Positions 1 to 13,346 of a stretch of 64,000 nucleotides of DNA are shown here, piece after piece (positions within the stretch are counted from its first letter, which is position 1; the number at the start of each line of letters is the position of its first letter). The translations under genes and the position numbers were made by a program. This DNA is from Mobula hypostoma (Eukaryota), in the NCBI RefSeq assembly GCF_963921235.1, contig NC_086109.1, positions 25,484,001 through 25,548,000 on the forward strand, read 5' to 3'. The notes beneath the pieces are model-generated. The model had not been told where the DNA came from. It searched no databases and saw only the letters and a program-made list of their open reading frames with translations.

Positions 1-462
1 AAAGGATCGGCCATTATCGAATTTGTTCAAGAAAGTGATCTGCATGAGACAGCCTCTGCTAAAAGTGGCAGAAAGGCTGTGCAGGATCTATTCTACAGAG
101 GAAGGTCAGTGCCTTTAAAACTGTTTTATTTCCATTGTGGTGAATTCTGTGGACAAGGCAGGATCCGACTGGGAGTGGCAGTGACGCCATGTCTTCGAGG
201 AATTCGTTACGTCATGAAAGTCTCTCCTAATTGACTGTATAAATCTCTTCGACTTTAAAATTTGGACTTTACCATTCGAGAAACTGTGTTTGAATTTATC
301 GCTTTAAGAACTAGTACTGAGTAGCGGTTTACTGAATGGTCGCATAGCCGTTTACTTCTGGTTAAGGTTTTCATTTTTTTTCATTGTTTATCAGGGTTTA
401 ATAACTGTTTGTTTGTTTATAAATCCTGACTTGATATATTCATTGTTGCCGATCACGTGACA
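1..462 (+). mobile_element. Probable LTR 3' portion (cut by window edge)
   Basis: CpG-richer block ending ...cattgttgccgatcacgtgaCA, with an AT-rich U5-like run before it. The 5' end and TSD are not visible. Confidence 0.4.
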
Positions 463-1004
463 ACAGAACCAGCCTCTTCCCATACTCACCACGTTTACTT
501 TGAGAACTCTGCGTTTACTTGGCGGATGAAAGAAAGGCCTCACTTCAAGCAATAGCTTATGATCAGGATTGACACTGACACACTGCACAGCAGCTGTTTA
601 TCGATCTCTCTGCAGGTATTGAGGAAAATCTAGGAGGGGCCTTAAACACAGGCCTGAAACAATGCTCTTAAAATATTGCAGTAGGACTGTTAAGCTTCTC
701 CTCTCCAGGGCTGGCTGATGCCATGGGCTGGGAACTGCTCTTCCAGCTCTGCAGCTGACAGGTGAACTGGGCTAAACATCACCATTTCAACTCTAATGTC
801 TCTTGCAAAATTATGGGAAAACTACACCCTGGAACTAAGGGTACAACTGACAGAATAATGCAGTATTGAGGAAGATGTACTCTGTCAGAGCTATGGTACT
901 CAGGGTGTGCTGTGCCTTCAGAGAGGCAGCGCAGCACCGTCACGGTTCTAACTGAGAGATGCAGTGTCAGTGGGGCCAGTCCCAAGGTACAGCTCTGCTG
1001 TCAG

Positions 1005-1472
1005 AACCAGAATCAGAATCAGGTTTAATATCATTGGCATATGTTGTGGAATTTGTTGTCTTTGCAGCTGCAGCGCATTGTAATACATAATTTAAAAATT
1101 GTGAATTACAGTAAGTGTGTATATGTATTTTTTAAGTAAGTAGCGCTAAAAAAAAGTAGTGAGTTAGTGTTCGTGGGTTCAATGTTGTTTCAAAAATCTG
1201 ATGGCAGAGGGGAAGAAGCTGTTCCTGAATTGTTGAGTGTGTGCCTTCAGGCTCCCGTTCCTCCTTTCTGATGGTGGCAATGAGAAGGCGGCTTGTCTTG
1301 GGTGATGGGGGTCCTGAATGATGGAAGCCACCTTTTTGAGGCATCGCTCCTTGAAGATTCCTGGATGCTGCGGAGGCTAGTGCTCATAATAGAGCTGACT
1401 GAGTTCACAACTTTCTGTAGCTTCTTTCAATCCTGTGCAGTTGCCCCACCCTTGCACCTTGCACCACACACA

Positions 1473-1506
<34 letters not shown>

Positions 1507-1590
1507 GATGATGCAGCCAGCTAGACTGCTCCTCATGGTACATCTGTTTAAATTTGCGTGTCTTTGGTGACGTCAAACTCCTAAACCAGT
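1005..1590 (-). mobile_element. Rex1/Babar-type LINE 3' fragment containing a (CA)n microsatellite
   Basis: (aatcag)n tail; homologous to the copies at 5160, 6380, 44650 and 60070. Confidence 0.75.
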
Positions 1591-1599
1591 GAGTTATTT

Positions 1600-1992
1600 G
1601 TTATGTCCCCCCTCTCGCTGTGAAATGGAGACATTACTTTCTCCCTTATTAGGGAGAGAGAAAGCCTGTGGTACGTCAAATACCAGGGGAACGAGTAGTC
1701 TTTGGGGTACTGGAAGTCCTTGTCTTTGCTGTTGCTTTGCTGCACGCTTGGGTGCTCTGTGGTGAGTGCCAATTCCTCTTTTTTTTTGCTTGTGGGGGGA
1801 GTGGGGATTGTTGCTTGCTGCCGCTTACAGGAGGGGAGCTGGGGGGGGGACTTTGGGGTTCTAACATTTAACTGTCATTCATTCTTTGGGGGCATTCCTC
1901 TGTTTTCGTGGATGGTTGCGAAGGAAAAGCATTTCAGGATGTATGTTGTATACACTTCTCTGACATTAAATGTACCTTTGAAACCTTTGAAG
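1600..1992 (+). mobile_element. Short interspersed repeat with (acctttga)n tail
   Basis: Same G/T-rich body and aacctttga tail as the repeats at about 7915-8277 and 43330-43797. Confidence 0.55.
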
Positions 1993-2507
1993 CTAATAAA
2001 ATATAGTTCATCTATATATGCTAATGCATATAGTATGAAATATAGTTCATTACTATATGCTATGCACTAATGCTGTGAGGCTTTCTTTGTAACTGCATCA
2101 AGGGAAACGTTAATGCTATGCCTTCGATGCAGTTAATGCTATTGGAGAGCTAAGTTCTGAGGGACAAATACACTAATGAAGGGGCCGTTGAAAGTAGTAA
2201 TGCTGAGGAAGAGTGGCATTATTAAAGGGGAAACAATAAGGTAGAATGCTTGCCAAAAGGGTAGAGCAAAGGAGATATAGGAGAACTCAAGTGGGTTATC
2301 CTCTAGATACTGTAAGATATAAACTAAAACCTAGTCGCATGTTAAAGGATCCATTACACATTCTTAAAGGGCTATGGAGAGCACTTAGTTGATCTGGGCA
2401 ACATTTATCCCTCAATAAGGTCATTTATCTCAATATTCCATGTGAAATCTTGTTGTTTAGTATATAGCTGTCTGTATGATCTGGAAACACAGAGTAAATA
2501 CCCTCCA

Positions 2508-2688
2508 AAACACACAGAATGATGGACGAGCTCAGTAAGTCATGCAGCCTCTATGGAGGGGAGTAGACATTTTGGATTGAGCCTCTTTTTCAGGTCTCCT
2601 CCATAGATGCTGCCCGACTTCCTGAGTTCTTCCAACATTGTGTGTCTGTTTGCCCAAGATTACCAGCACCTGCAGTACATCTTGTGTA
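2508..2688. mobile_element. Degenerate Penelope-derived hairpin element
   Basis: Inverted arms gcagcctctatggagg / cctccatagatgctgc; same family as 28451-28693. Confidence 0.7.
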
Positions 2689-2833
2689 AATGATCTCCAG
2701 AAGTAATTGACTGGTTGTGAAATGACTTAACATACACTAAGCACATGATAATCTATTTGTGAATGTGAGCCATTTAACAGTGGAAGGATACAACCCCTGT
2801 AAGCGTTGAAGACAAGGATTTGAAGGCACTTAC

Positions 2834-2993
2834 TTTTTTGTCCCATAAATCCAAGATACAGATATATTTTCCAAAATAACCACAATAGTGAGGGGCAGTG
2901 TGGCAGAGTAATCATCAAACATTGTGACAAAGTAGTTCCCAGAACGCTGGACGAAGATGAGTCCGATTGAGAAAGCAACTGTCGTGCAACCGA
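2834..2993 (-). CDS. SLC6A17: SLC6A17 coding exon 9 (160 nt); the remaining 3' exons are outside the window
   Basis: cccacag acceptor; [58 protein letters not shown] donor. Confidence 0.95.
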
Positions 2994-3351
2994 CTGTGGG
3001 AAAAGCACAAACACATCCAAAGCATTGAGATTGGAAATCAAGTTCTATCTGAAATTCACCCTGAAGCCTAGAATAAAAGTTTTCAGAATGTGGAAAGGCA
3101 ATCAGCCCAAGCATTATACACCTTTTTTGGTAAAGTAACCGTCCAGTGGTCTTTGTCCCTACAGATCTTCTCGCCAGAAGGAGACTCATTTCATGAGATG
3201 CAGATATGATAACCTGAACACGAGTTAGGAGCAGACTTGCTTAGCCTGCTTTACCTTTTAATAAGATCAGTGCTGATTTTTTTCCTACCTTAACTCTAGC
3301 TGTGATCTTTAACTTTAGCTTCCATCCATTTACTTATCAAATAAGGCAATA

Positions 3352-3990
3352 AGTCATAGGAACAGAATTGGGCCATTCAGCCCATCGAGTCTGCTCTGCC
3401 ATTCCATTATGGCTGATTTATTATCCCTCTCAACACCACTCTCCTGCCTTCTCTCTGTAACCTTTGACAACTTTACTCATCAAGTCCCTATCAAGCTCAG
3501 CTTTAAATATACCCAATGACCCGGCCTCCACAGCTGCCTGTGGTAATGAATTCCACAGATTCACCACCCTCTGGTGAAAGAAATTCCTCCTCATCTCTGT
3601 TATAAATATCTATCTATGTGCCTTAAAATTAATCAAAGACTCTGCTTCCACAGCCTTTGAGGAACAGGGAATACAAGAGAGGTCTCTTAATGCCCTATGT
3701 AATTGAAACATGGCCTCCCTATTTTTGTATTCAATTTTCTCCCAATAAATAACATTGTTAGCTTCACTAATTACTTGAACTACAAATATATTAGCCTTTG
3801 CAAATAATGCATGAGTACACCCAGAAGCCCTTCAGTTCAGATGTTTGCTGTCACTCATCATTCAATCAATAGGCTTCTTTTGAATTTTTCCTGTCGAATG
3901 GACAATATTTCCCATATTATACTCTACTTTCCAGAACTTTGCAGACTCCCTTGAACTGTATCTATCTCTTTATAATTGCATTATGCCCCT
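3352..3990 (-). mobile_element. CR1 LINE fragments
   Basis: ggccattcagccc / gaattccacagattcaccaccctctg motifs shared with the young CR1 copies. Confidence 0.75.
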
Positions 3991-4137
3991 CTCTCAACTT
4001 ACCTCTCCATCTACCATAGTTTCATCAGTAAATTTTGCAGCCATGCCTTAGAACCTTCATCCAGACACTTGTGTGATTTATAAACACTTGGGACTGCAGC
4101 ATCAGTATCACTGGTGCATACTTGCTCCATCTTTCCC

Positions 4138-4405
4138 TTTTTTTTTGGCGTGTGCCTGTATGCGTGCGAGTCTGCGCGTCCGTGTGTGCGTGCGTCCCTG
4201 ATGATGTCCCTCCCATGGCCTTCACAAGGTGCGGAGCGAGAGAGAGAGAGACTGTGTGACGCGCCACCCCTCACACAGACACCTTTGCAGTATTCTCCCT
4301 CCACCTTACGAGGTCGAGTTGTGATCTCGACACTCAACCCGGCACAGATGGAAAGCGTACTCGGGAGCGGACCCGACTAGTTTCGAACCCGGGAACCTCC
4401 GCTCC
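4138..4405 (-). mobile_element. Young CpG-rich tRNA-head SINE (5'-truncated)
   Basis: Pol III B-box GGTTCGAAAC (4380-4389, minus strand); A9 tail at 4138-4146; intact CpGs. Confidence 0.7.
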
Positions 4406-4689
4406 TGAGATTTTAGCTCCTTATTATTCTATTCTATCCTGCTCTTAGACATTAATGAGACCTTAGCTTCAGTCACTAATGAATTCAGTCTAAAAACCCT
4501 TTGCAAAGCAATAATTTCTCCTACCTTATTGAAGTCAACTCATCCTGCACCTAGGTTTGGGTGTGTATGATATTATTGCTGCCATTTGTCAATTTTATGA
4601 ATGTAAATCTTCACCAAAATACATAAGCAGAAACTGAATAGATCAGACATGACTTCAGTTGTAGGCAGTATTGAAATGCAGAAACTTAC

Positions 4690-4882
4690 TTGTTAAAAGC
4701 TCTTTGCGAACTTTAAATGTGTCAACAATTGGCGACATGATTCCTTCCATTGTTCCCATCATGCTGCCCAGTCCAAGATTAATGAGCATCAGGAAGAAGA
4801 GTACGGACCAGAAGGGGGAAGCTGGGAAATGGGTCATTGCCTCTGTGAAGGCAATAAATGCCAAGCCTGTTCCCTGTACCGA
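4690..4882 (-). CDS. SLC6A17: SLC6A17 coding exon 8 (193 nt)
   Basis: cttgcag acceptor; [41 protein letters not shown]...RKELLT; GTAAGT donor. Confidence 0.95.
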
Positions 4883-5159
4883 CTGCAAGAGATCAGAAAG
4901 ATCAAGTGAATGGTAGCAAAGGTATTATTGTTGCAGGTCCAACCGCAAATCAGTCAACTGCGACATCAGTGAGATTTCAATAAAGTATCTCAAATCTTCA
5001 GCCTAGTTCCTACTGTGGAAATAATTGGTGAGTTGTATGTAAATTAGGTTCAGAATTATCCTTGTTTGATAAAGTAAACTTTTCTGTTTACATGCCCTGA
5101 AGTTCTTTCACATATCTTTAATCAGATTTGCCCCAACTTTGTTGTGGGTATTGAGGGTA

Positions 5160-5561
5160 GAGAGCTCTTTAGGGAGCGCTGTCTCAGAAAGGCAGCGTCC
5201 ATTATTAAAGACCTCCAGCACCCAGGGCATACCCTTTTCTCACTGTTACCATCAGGTGGGAGATACAGAAGCCTGAAGGCACACACTCAGGATCAGCTTC
5301 TTCCCCTCTGCCATCCGATTCCTGAATGGACTTTGAAGCTTTGGACACTACCTCACTTTTTTAATATACAGTATGTCTGTTTTTGCACATTTTTAATAAT
5401 CTATTCAATATATGTAATTCATTTACTTGTTTATTTATTATGTTTTATTTTATTTATCATTTTTCTCTCTCTGCCAGATTATGTATTGCATTGAACTGCT
5501 GATGCTAAGTTAACAAATTTCACGTCAAATGCTGGTGATAATAAACCTGATTCCGATTCTG
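5160..5561 (+). mobile_element. Rex1/Babar-type LINE 3' fragment
   Basis: RCLRKAASIIKDLQHPGHTLFSLLPSGGRYRSLK; tail aaacctgattccgattctg. Confidence 0.8.
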
Positions 5562-6377
5562 GTCTCAAAGAGGTCCAGCTAATCCCTGTATTATGGATTT
5601 CATGTTTTCTTATGTAAACTTCTGTCGGCTGTCAGTTCTATGGGATCCCTGAAACCCACAACACTGATATCATTAAGGAAGCTGACCAGCCAATCACAGT
5701 GAAGAAAGCAAACCAGCAAGCAATTATCGCTTTTTGTTAACTGACTTAACATCATTCTGAGGAAATAAACAAACAAAATGAATAAAGGGAAGTATCATAA
5801 ATAAGCGTTAATTGGAATTTATTAATATTGTTTGAAGTAGGTATATTACTTCAAAACAAATATCTGAGGAAACAAAAACAATTATAAAGGTACTTCCTTA
5901 GGATTAAACAGGTGCAACGTGAAATGTATGGATTAAAACACCATTAAAATCTAAATGACACCTTATTCATCGTTATTTTTTTCACAGTATCTTACAGTGA
6001 GAACAGTGTATCAATTGGTTAATTTCCATCTTCCACTGATTATACCAGGGAAGACATCTACAAAGTACTTTGTGTGTGGAGCAGTGAATCACTGAGAGAA
6101 ACTTTTGGATCTGCTTAACCATTTTAGGCAAGAGAAGACCTTCAGCCCATCTAGAGACCCATTTACTCTCCACCCCTCCCAACTACAGTATTCCTTCAGC
6201 ATTTTAGCACTCTTTTCCATATCATTCCCTCCAATTCCTCCAGCCATCCAGTCTATGATTTTCTCTTCAATCGGTGCAGATATATTCAGAAACACAGGAG
6301 ATTCTGCAGATGCTGAAAATTCAGTGCAACACATGTAAACTCGAGAAACCCAGCAAGTCAGGCAGGAGAGAGATAAT

Positions 6378-7146
6378 CCTTGCTAGTTTGTGGTGTCGCA
6401 GAACAACCTTGAGTTCAATGTCAGTAAGACCAAAGAGCTGATTGTGGATTTGAGAAAGGATAAGACGAGGGAACATGACCCAATCCTTATAGAAGGATCA
6501 GAAGTGGAGAGAGTGAGCAATTTCAGGTTCCTGGGTGGAATATCTCTGAGGATCTAACCTGGTGCCAACAAATTGATGCAGCTATAAAGAAGGCAAGACT
6601 GCGGCTATACTTCATTAGGAATTTGGGGAGATTTGGTTTGTTACCTAAAACACTTGAAAACCTCTGCAAATGAAACATGGAGAGCATTCTGACAGGCTGC
6701 ATCACTGTCTGGTATGGGGGTGGGGTCTTCTGCACGGAGTCAAAAGAAAGTTGCAAAATTAGTCAGCTCCATCACGTCTTGGACAGCCTCCATAGTATCC
6801 AAGACATCTTCAAGGAGCGGTGCCTCAGAAAGGACCCCCATCGCCCAGAACATGCCCTCTTCTCATTGTTACTGTTGGGAAGGAGGTACAGAAGCCTAAA
6901 GGCAGACACTCAGCAATTCTGGAACAGCTTCTTCCCCTCTGCCATCTGATTTCTAAATGGACACTGAACCCATGTACCTCACTACTTTTTATTTCTATTT
7001 TTGCACTACCTATTTAATATATACACACACACTTACTGTAATTGATTTATTGTTTTTTCTATATTATCATGTATTGCATTGTACTGCTGCCACTAATTTA
7101 ACAAGTTTCACAACATATGTCGATAATATTAAACCTGATTCTGATC
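6378..7146 (+). mobile_element. Rex1/Babar-type LINE fragment inserted into a Penelope-derived hairpin (6288-6365 + 7150-7257)
   Basis: MESILTGCITVWYG motif and ctgattctga tail; the flanks join into one hairpin-family element. Confidence 0.8.
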
Positions 7147-9428
7147 TTTGGAAATGAATAAACTGTCCACATTTCAGGCCAAGATGCTTATTCGGGATCT
7201 GAAGAAGAGTCCCACCATGAAAAGTCTACTGTTTATTCATTTCTGCAGACATAGCCTATTTTCCCCCTATTCTCTGTATTCCCTTGATGTATTTTAAGTA
7301 ATTCCGTATCCCAGTTGCTGACCAAAATCAGTGGAGATCTTGATGCACCTACACGCTTAATTCATGTTAATCAGTCCAATACCCCATTAGTGGGGAACTT
7401 CTAGTTTTCTAGTTTATTTAGTTGCCGTTAATTTATCAGTATAAACCATTGTATGGATTCTGTACATTTCGGGTAAACTTACTTGGTGCCCACAGCAGAT
7501 ACTGTAATGCTGGGAGGCATGGCTGGGCACAAGTGAGTATAGTATGCAATATGACTGGGCATAGGGGAGTAGATGGTGCATGCTAGTACAGAGTAAACAG
7601 AAGTAGTGTGACAGGGCATAGCTATATGGATATGATGGGCTAAATATAGAATCAGTGCAAGCATAGCGCAGCTTGGTCTATACAGTGACATGGATAATGC
7701 AGGATGTGAAAGACAGGGTGCAGCACAAAAGCCAATAGTGGGAATAGTGTCAATGTGTCAGGACGTAGATTGGAATAATGCAAGAAGTGATGTGACAGTT
7801 TGAGACATGAAAGGACAAGGATAAAAATACTGTAAAATGTAAATTATCACTGGTAGGAATAGGACCAGGTATGACCATGGCAGTGTTGGGAAAAACTACA
7901 GAGAGGGGAGACTGCCTTTTTATCGCTGGTGAAATCACTCTGCCTACGGAGAGGGAAAAATCTGCCGCTGTGCCCGGGGAATGTAATCCAGGTTTTCTGT
8001 GTTCTGGATATGGACTTGGACTATAGATTTTTTTTTCAGTCTTACAGCTTTTTTTTATTCTGTGTTTTTTGTCCAATATTCCTCGTTTTTTTGTATTGGG
8101 GGAGGGGGAATTGGGAGTTGATGTTCCATTTTTGTTCCTTTTTTGTGCAGGGAGGAGGCATTTGGGGGTTGATGATTGCACCGCCATTCTTTTCTTTCTT
8201 GGTTTCGTGGCTATCTGGAGAAGAAGAATTTCGGAGTTGTATCCTTTGATAATAATTGGAGTTTTGAACCTTTGAATTAAAGGGGTAAATAACACAGGTA
8301 AGGAAAGCACAGAATGGGCAGGGGTTGGGTGGCCAAGAATGGTGACAATGGAAACAGCAAGAAACGTGGGCTGTTTATTCATCTCCATAGATGCTGCCTG
8401 ACCTGCTGATTTCCTCCAGCATTTTGTGTGTGTGTGTTGCTCTGGATTTTCAGACAAGTAGTGCACCCATGTGAAATACAAAGACCTGAGAGGGAAATTA
8501 CAGGTAAATCATTCATAACCCATCCAAAACAACTGATTCCCACCAGCCACTTAATTAAGTAATGTTTCTAAAAAAAAACTTTATTGAATGTGCCAATCCT
8601 GCAGGGACTTTTAATCAGTAACACTGAAGTCTTATTCTGGAGTCAGTGTTCAAAACTGACATGAAGCATCAATCTCTTTCTTTGGTGACAGGAGGGGGAA
8701 GAGAGATATTAATGCAGAGATGACATGAACGAAAATGAAGTGCTTTCAGCAGGTGTGTTGTGAATAAGCAATTGAGTCAATCCCACTGAGAGATGAGGTC
8801 CTTGTTCATTAATGTTTTTTAAAAGGCCTGTGCGGTTCAATGTCATGAATACTGTAACTAAAAGTCAATGGTTTGGAGATAGCTGCTGCTGTTTCATGAG
8901 GCGCTCGGCCTCAAACAGGACAGGCTTTCAGGAACTTCACTCAAACTGCTTCCCCTCTGTGACCCTCTACATGCTGAAGTCTAATAGATGAAAATCAAAA
9001 CTGAAATTGATATTCCTTGTGCTTCTTAATCTGCTGCTGTTGTCTTAGGCTGTGCAAGTTCTGAGAGTATATGACAGACTGTTTACATTATAGGCACTGT
9101 AGGCTGTCTGAGAAGGCAGTCTCCTGCCAGAGGAACCAGCTATGCCTTTAGGTCAATATTTTCTTTTCCGCTCTGAATTTACAGCAACGCACTGTTCAGC
9201 AGTTTCATTTTGAAAACGATAAATGTATGAAAGATAAAACTCTCCCTCAAAACATGAAAGATCAGTTGTTTTAGTAAAAAAAATTGGAAATCTGTACATC
9301 AAATTTCATAACAAATGTAAAACATTAAATCTCCAGGTTTTTCAGTATACTCACAGAAAAATGAATCATCTCTTTACTTCCTTCACTGTTTCAGCATCCT
9401 ATGAAATAGATACTTGTGTCAGTCTCAC

Positions 9429-9621
9429 CTTATCCAGCTCATCCTCCAGCTGACATGTGTCCAGCCCTAATTCCTTGAAATGGTCCTCCTTCACTGTCTT
9501 TATGACACTGTACATTTCTGCATAATCAGAAGCTGTGAGATGTGAGAAATTGATGTGTGGTGGAATCAGATCATGGCTCAGGACTTTGGAGTTCAGGTAT
9601 CCAATAATCTTTTCAGAATTC
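9429..9621 (-). CDS. SLC6A17: SLC6A17 coding exon 7 (193 nt)
   Basis: tttggcag acceptor; NSEKIIGYLNSKVLSHDLIPPHINFSHLT...LEDELDK; GTGAGA donor. Confidence 0.95.
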
Positions 9622-9830
9622 CTGCCAAAGGAGAAAGAAAAATCCAGGATACTTCTTGCAGACTCAAGCACAGAACAACAACTGCATTGAAAAAAGCACA
9701 GAGTTCAAATCTCAAGCATCAATGAGATATTTAACCACAAATATAAATTGGCTATGCTATTACAATTATATAGGACCTTACTGGGACTAAACCTGGAGTA
9801 TTGTGTGCAATTTTTATCTCCTTACCAAAG

Positions 9831-10549
9831 AAATCTAGGTGTTCTTGTACATCAGTCACTGAAAGCAAGCATGCAGTTACAGCAGGCAGTGAAGAAAGCT
9901 AATGGCATGCTGGCCTTCATAAAAAGGGGAATTGAGTATAGGACCAAAGAGGTCCTTCTGCAGCTGTACAGGGCCCTGGTGAGACCACACCTGGGGTACT
10001 GTGTGCAGTTTTGGTCTCCAAATTTGAGGAAAGACATTCTTGCTATTGAGGGAGTGCAGCGTAGGTTCACAAGATTAATTCCCAGGATGGTGGGACTGTC
10101 ATATGTTGAAAGATTGGAGCAACTGGGCTTGTATACACTGGATTTTAGAAGGATGAGAGGGGATCTGATTGAAACATGTAAGATTATTAAGGAATTGGAC
10201 ACGCTGGAGGCAGGAAGCATGTTCCCGCTGATGGGTGAGTTCAGAACCACAGGCCACAGTTTAAAAATAAGGGGTAGGCCATTTAGAACGGAGTTGAGGA
10301 AAAACTTTTTTACCCAGAGAGTGGTGGATATGTGGAATGCTCTGCCCCAGAAGGCAGTGGAGGCCAAGTCTCTGGATGTTTTCAAGAAAGAGATGGATTG
10401 AGCTCTTAAAGATAGCAGAATCTAAGGTTATAGGGATAAGGCAGGAACTGGATACTGATTGTGGATGATCAGCCATGATCACAGTGAATGGCGGTGCTGG
10501 CTCGAAGAGCCGAATGGCCTACTCCTGCACCTATTGTCTATTGTCTATT
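9831..10549 (+). mobile_element. Young CR1 LINE 3' fragment nested in an older CR1 (about 9740-11660)
   Basis: LVRPHLGYCVQFWSP...NFFTQRVVDMWNALP; (ctattgt)n tail. The older CR1 resumes near 10865 and 11270. Confidence 0.9.
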
Positions 10550-10551
10550 AA

Positions 10552-10850
10552 GAAAGCTTAGCTTTATTCGTCACAGGTACTTTGAAACATACAGTGATAT
10601 GCTCCAAATCAAATCAGCGAGTATTAGTGCTGAGCAACCCACAAGAGTTACCACACACCTGGCACCAACAGAGCATGCCCACAGCTCTCTAACCCTAACC
10701 GTACACCTTTGGAATGTAGAAGGAAACCAGAGCACCCGGAGGATACCCACGCGGTAACTGGGAGACCGTATGAACTCCATACAGGAATAGGAATTGACAC
10801 CTGATTGGTGGCTGGTGCTGTAAAGCGATGCGTTAACCGTTACGCTACCC
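10552..10850 (-). mobile_element. V-SINE-type element
   Basis: tttggaatgt..ggaaaccagagcacccggagga.acccac V-domain; tRNA-like head at about 10810-10850. Confidence 0.7.
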
Positions 10851-10944
10851 AGCTGACCCTCTGTGGTAAGGATATACCTACCATAGAGGGAGCATAAAAT
10901 AGGCTCCCCAGATTAACTCCTGGGATGAAAGGGCTGCCAAATGG

Positions 10945-11190
10945 GGTGGAGCAATGGTGCAGCTTCTGGGGTTGCTGCCTTGCAGTTTCAGCAGCCCAGG
11001 TTTCATCTGGATCTTGTGTTTGAGCATGTGGGGTTTGTACGTTCTACATGAAATCCCCTCAAGTGCTTTGGTTTCCTCCCATATCTACAAAAATGTGCAG
11101 GTTGGTAGTTTGATTGCCCATGGTAAATTCCCCCTGCTATGCACGTGATAGAATCTGGGGGAGTTGGTGGAAAATGGATGAATGGGAGAG
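10945..11190 (+). mobile_element. V-SINE (HE1-like), degenerate
   Basis: gtggggtttgtacgttct...ggtttcctcccata V-domain. A similar copy is at about 25925-26115. Confidence 0.7.
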
Positions 11191-11337
11191 CTTAATGTAT
11201 GACATTATTTCCATGGGTACAACTGATCTCCTTCATCAAAGAATATCCATGATATATCTATACATCACAGCAGAATGAGAGGAGATTTTAGTAAAACTTC
11301 CAAAATTCTGACAAAATGAGATAAACTAGATCCAGGA

Positions 11338-11406
11338 CTGGGGTTCCCATGAACCCCTCAGTTCACTGTAGAGATCCATGGCATGAAAATAGGTTAGGCA
11401 TCTCTG
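11338..11406. mobile_element. ~70-80 bp hAT-type MITE, degenerate
   Basis: ggggttccc terminus; homologous to copies at 14946, 38323 and 55943. Confidence 0.55.
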
Positions 11407-12299
11407 ATCTAGGAAAAGGGGTAAGACATTTAGGACTAAGAAGAGAAAAGCTTCTTCACTCAGTCAATTGCAAAGCTGTGGAATTCTATAGCGCAGAAGG
11501 TTATGGAGATCAAGCCACTAAACATAGTTAAGACATAGATTTCTCAATAAGTAAAGGGATCAAGGGGCTGTAGCGAGAGACCAGGAGTGTGGCATTATGA
11601 CAAAGGGTTAGCCATAATCATACTGAATAGTGGAAAGGGCTGAATGATCTGTTACTTGCCCGCTTCTTTACAGATGAGTTAGCTTCATTATATCGTACTC
11701 TCTTTACATTTAACACATCCCATAATTGCAACAAGCCCAGTCAGAGAATACAGAAGAGACACAAGACTGATGTTGCAATTAGGTGCAAGAAAAACAAGCT
11801 GCTGGAGGAATTCAATGGACTGAGCAGCATCTGTGGAGAAAAAGGAATTGTCGACATTTCGTGTGCAGGGTCTCAACCAAATGCATCGACAGTTCCTCAC
11901 CCCTCCACACCCCCCATTTCCACACGTGCTGTTCAACTCCCAACCTGTGTCCTCAAAAAAGAACACAATCCCTTTAATTAATCAGAACAAACTCTGGCAT
12001 CTAATTGTCTTTTTTTTTGTCCTGAGTTCTGATGTAATGAGCTTTTAGAACTTCATGGCATTTAGAATCTCCAAGAAGACTTTAATGATTTATTTAAGGG
12101 CTTTTAGAATGCTGAATGTCACAAACACAGGAAAATACAATAAATGACAATGGATTTACACATTCACAGATGGCAGGAGCCTGCACAGTGTCACCTCGCA
12201 CAAACCATTACACAATAAAGCTACTTTTAAATTCTATTAGAATTAATACAAAAATTAGCAAAATTCTCCATCATAATACCTGGATCCAAAATACAAAAG

Positions 12300-12762
12300 C
12301 CACTTCTTTATGGTATGCTGCTGCTGTAGCCCATCCACTTCAAGGTTTGACATATTGTGCGTTCAGAGATGCTCTTCTGCATACTGCTGTTGTATCACAC
12401 TCTCCTCTGACTTCTCTCATGAGTAAGGTATTTACACCCACAGAACCACCACTCAGTGGATGTTTTTTTTTGTTTTTTCACCATTCTCTGTCAACCCTAG
12501 AAACTGTTGTGCATGAAAATCCTAGGAGATCAGCAGTTTCTGAGAGACTCAATCCACCCATCCGGCGCCAACAATTATTTCACAGTCAAAGTCACTTAGG
12601 TCACATATCTTCCCTATTCCAGCATTTGGCCTGAACAACAACTGAACCTCTTGACCATGCCTGCATGCTTTTATGCATTGAGTTACTGGCAAATGATTGA
12701 TTAGACATTTGTATTAATGAGCAGGTGTACATGTGTACCTAATAAAGTGGCCACAGAGTGTA
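12300..12762 (-). mobile_element. Tc1/mariner non-autonomous fragment
   Basis: Terminus gtacctaataaagtggccacagagtg followed by TA; homologous in inverted orientation to 13347-13782. Confidence 0.7.
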
Positions 12763-13346
12763 GATCACATACAGACAGATGTCCAGTTTAAATTGGCATG
12801 ATGGTCACTATAGACATTGTGAGCCAAAAAGCCTGCCCCTAAGCTTTACTGTTCCGATGAACTGCATTCAGTTCCTGGCACCGTGCTTTAGAAAATATGT
12901 CATGGGAGTTGTGCAGGGAAGAGCTTTGAAACAGTACCAGAAATAACGGGTTTCAGATATGTAGAGACAGGAGAAGCTGGTATTGCCTTCCCTTGAACAC
13001 AGAAGAGTATGAGAAGATTTTGTTGTGGCATTCAAAACCATGAAGTGAATTGATATGAGAAATAGCTCCCATGGCTAGAAGGTATTTGTAACCAGAGGAC
13101 ATCAATTTAAGAAAATTAAATATATATCAAGAGGTAATTAGAACGCAGAAAATTTACATATCACGCTGATCTGGAAAGCACTGTGTAAAAAATTGGTAGA
13201 GGCATATTCAGTAGTGACTTCCAAAAAAGGAATAGACGGCGACTGCAAAAAGGAAACACTTATCGGGCTTCAAAAACAGCAGAGAATTTAGATCAGATCT
13301 GCAGGATATCAAACTTCATGTCAGTACACTATACTTCATAAAACTA

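Noticed and set aside
4370..4405. tRNA gene
   Set aside because: Only a B-box/T-arm is present; no cloverleaf or A-box. It is a SINE head.
7750..8481. 243-aa minus-strand ORF
   Set aside because: Crosses three unrelated repeat or low-complexity segments; no recognisable domain.
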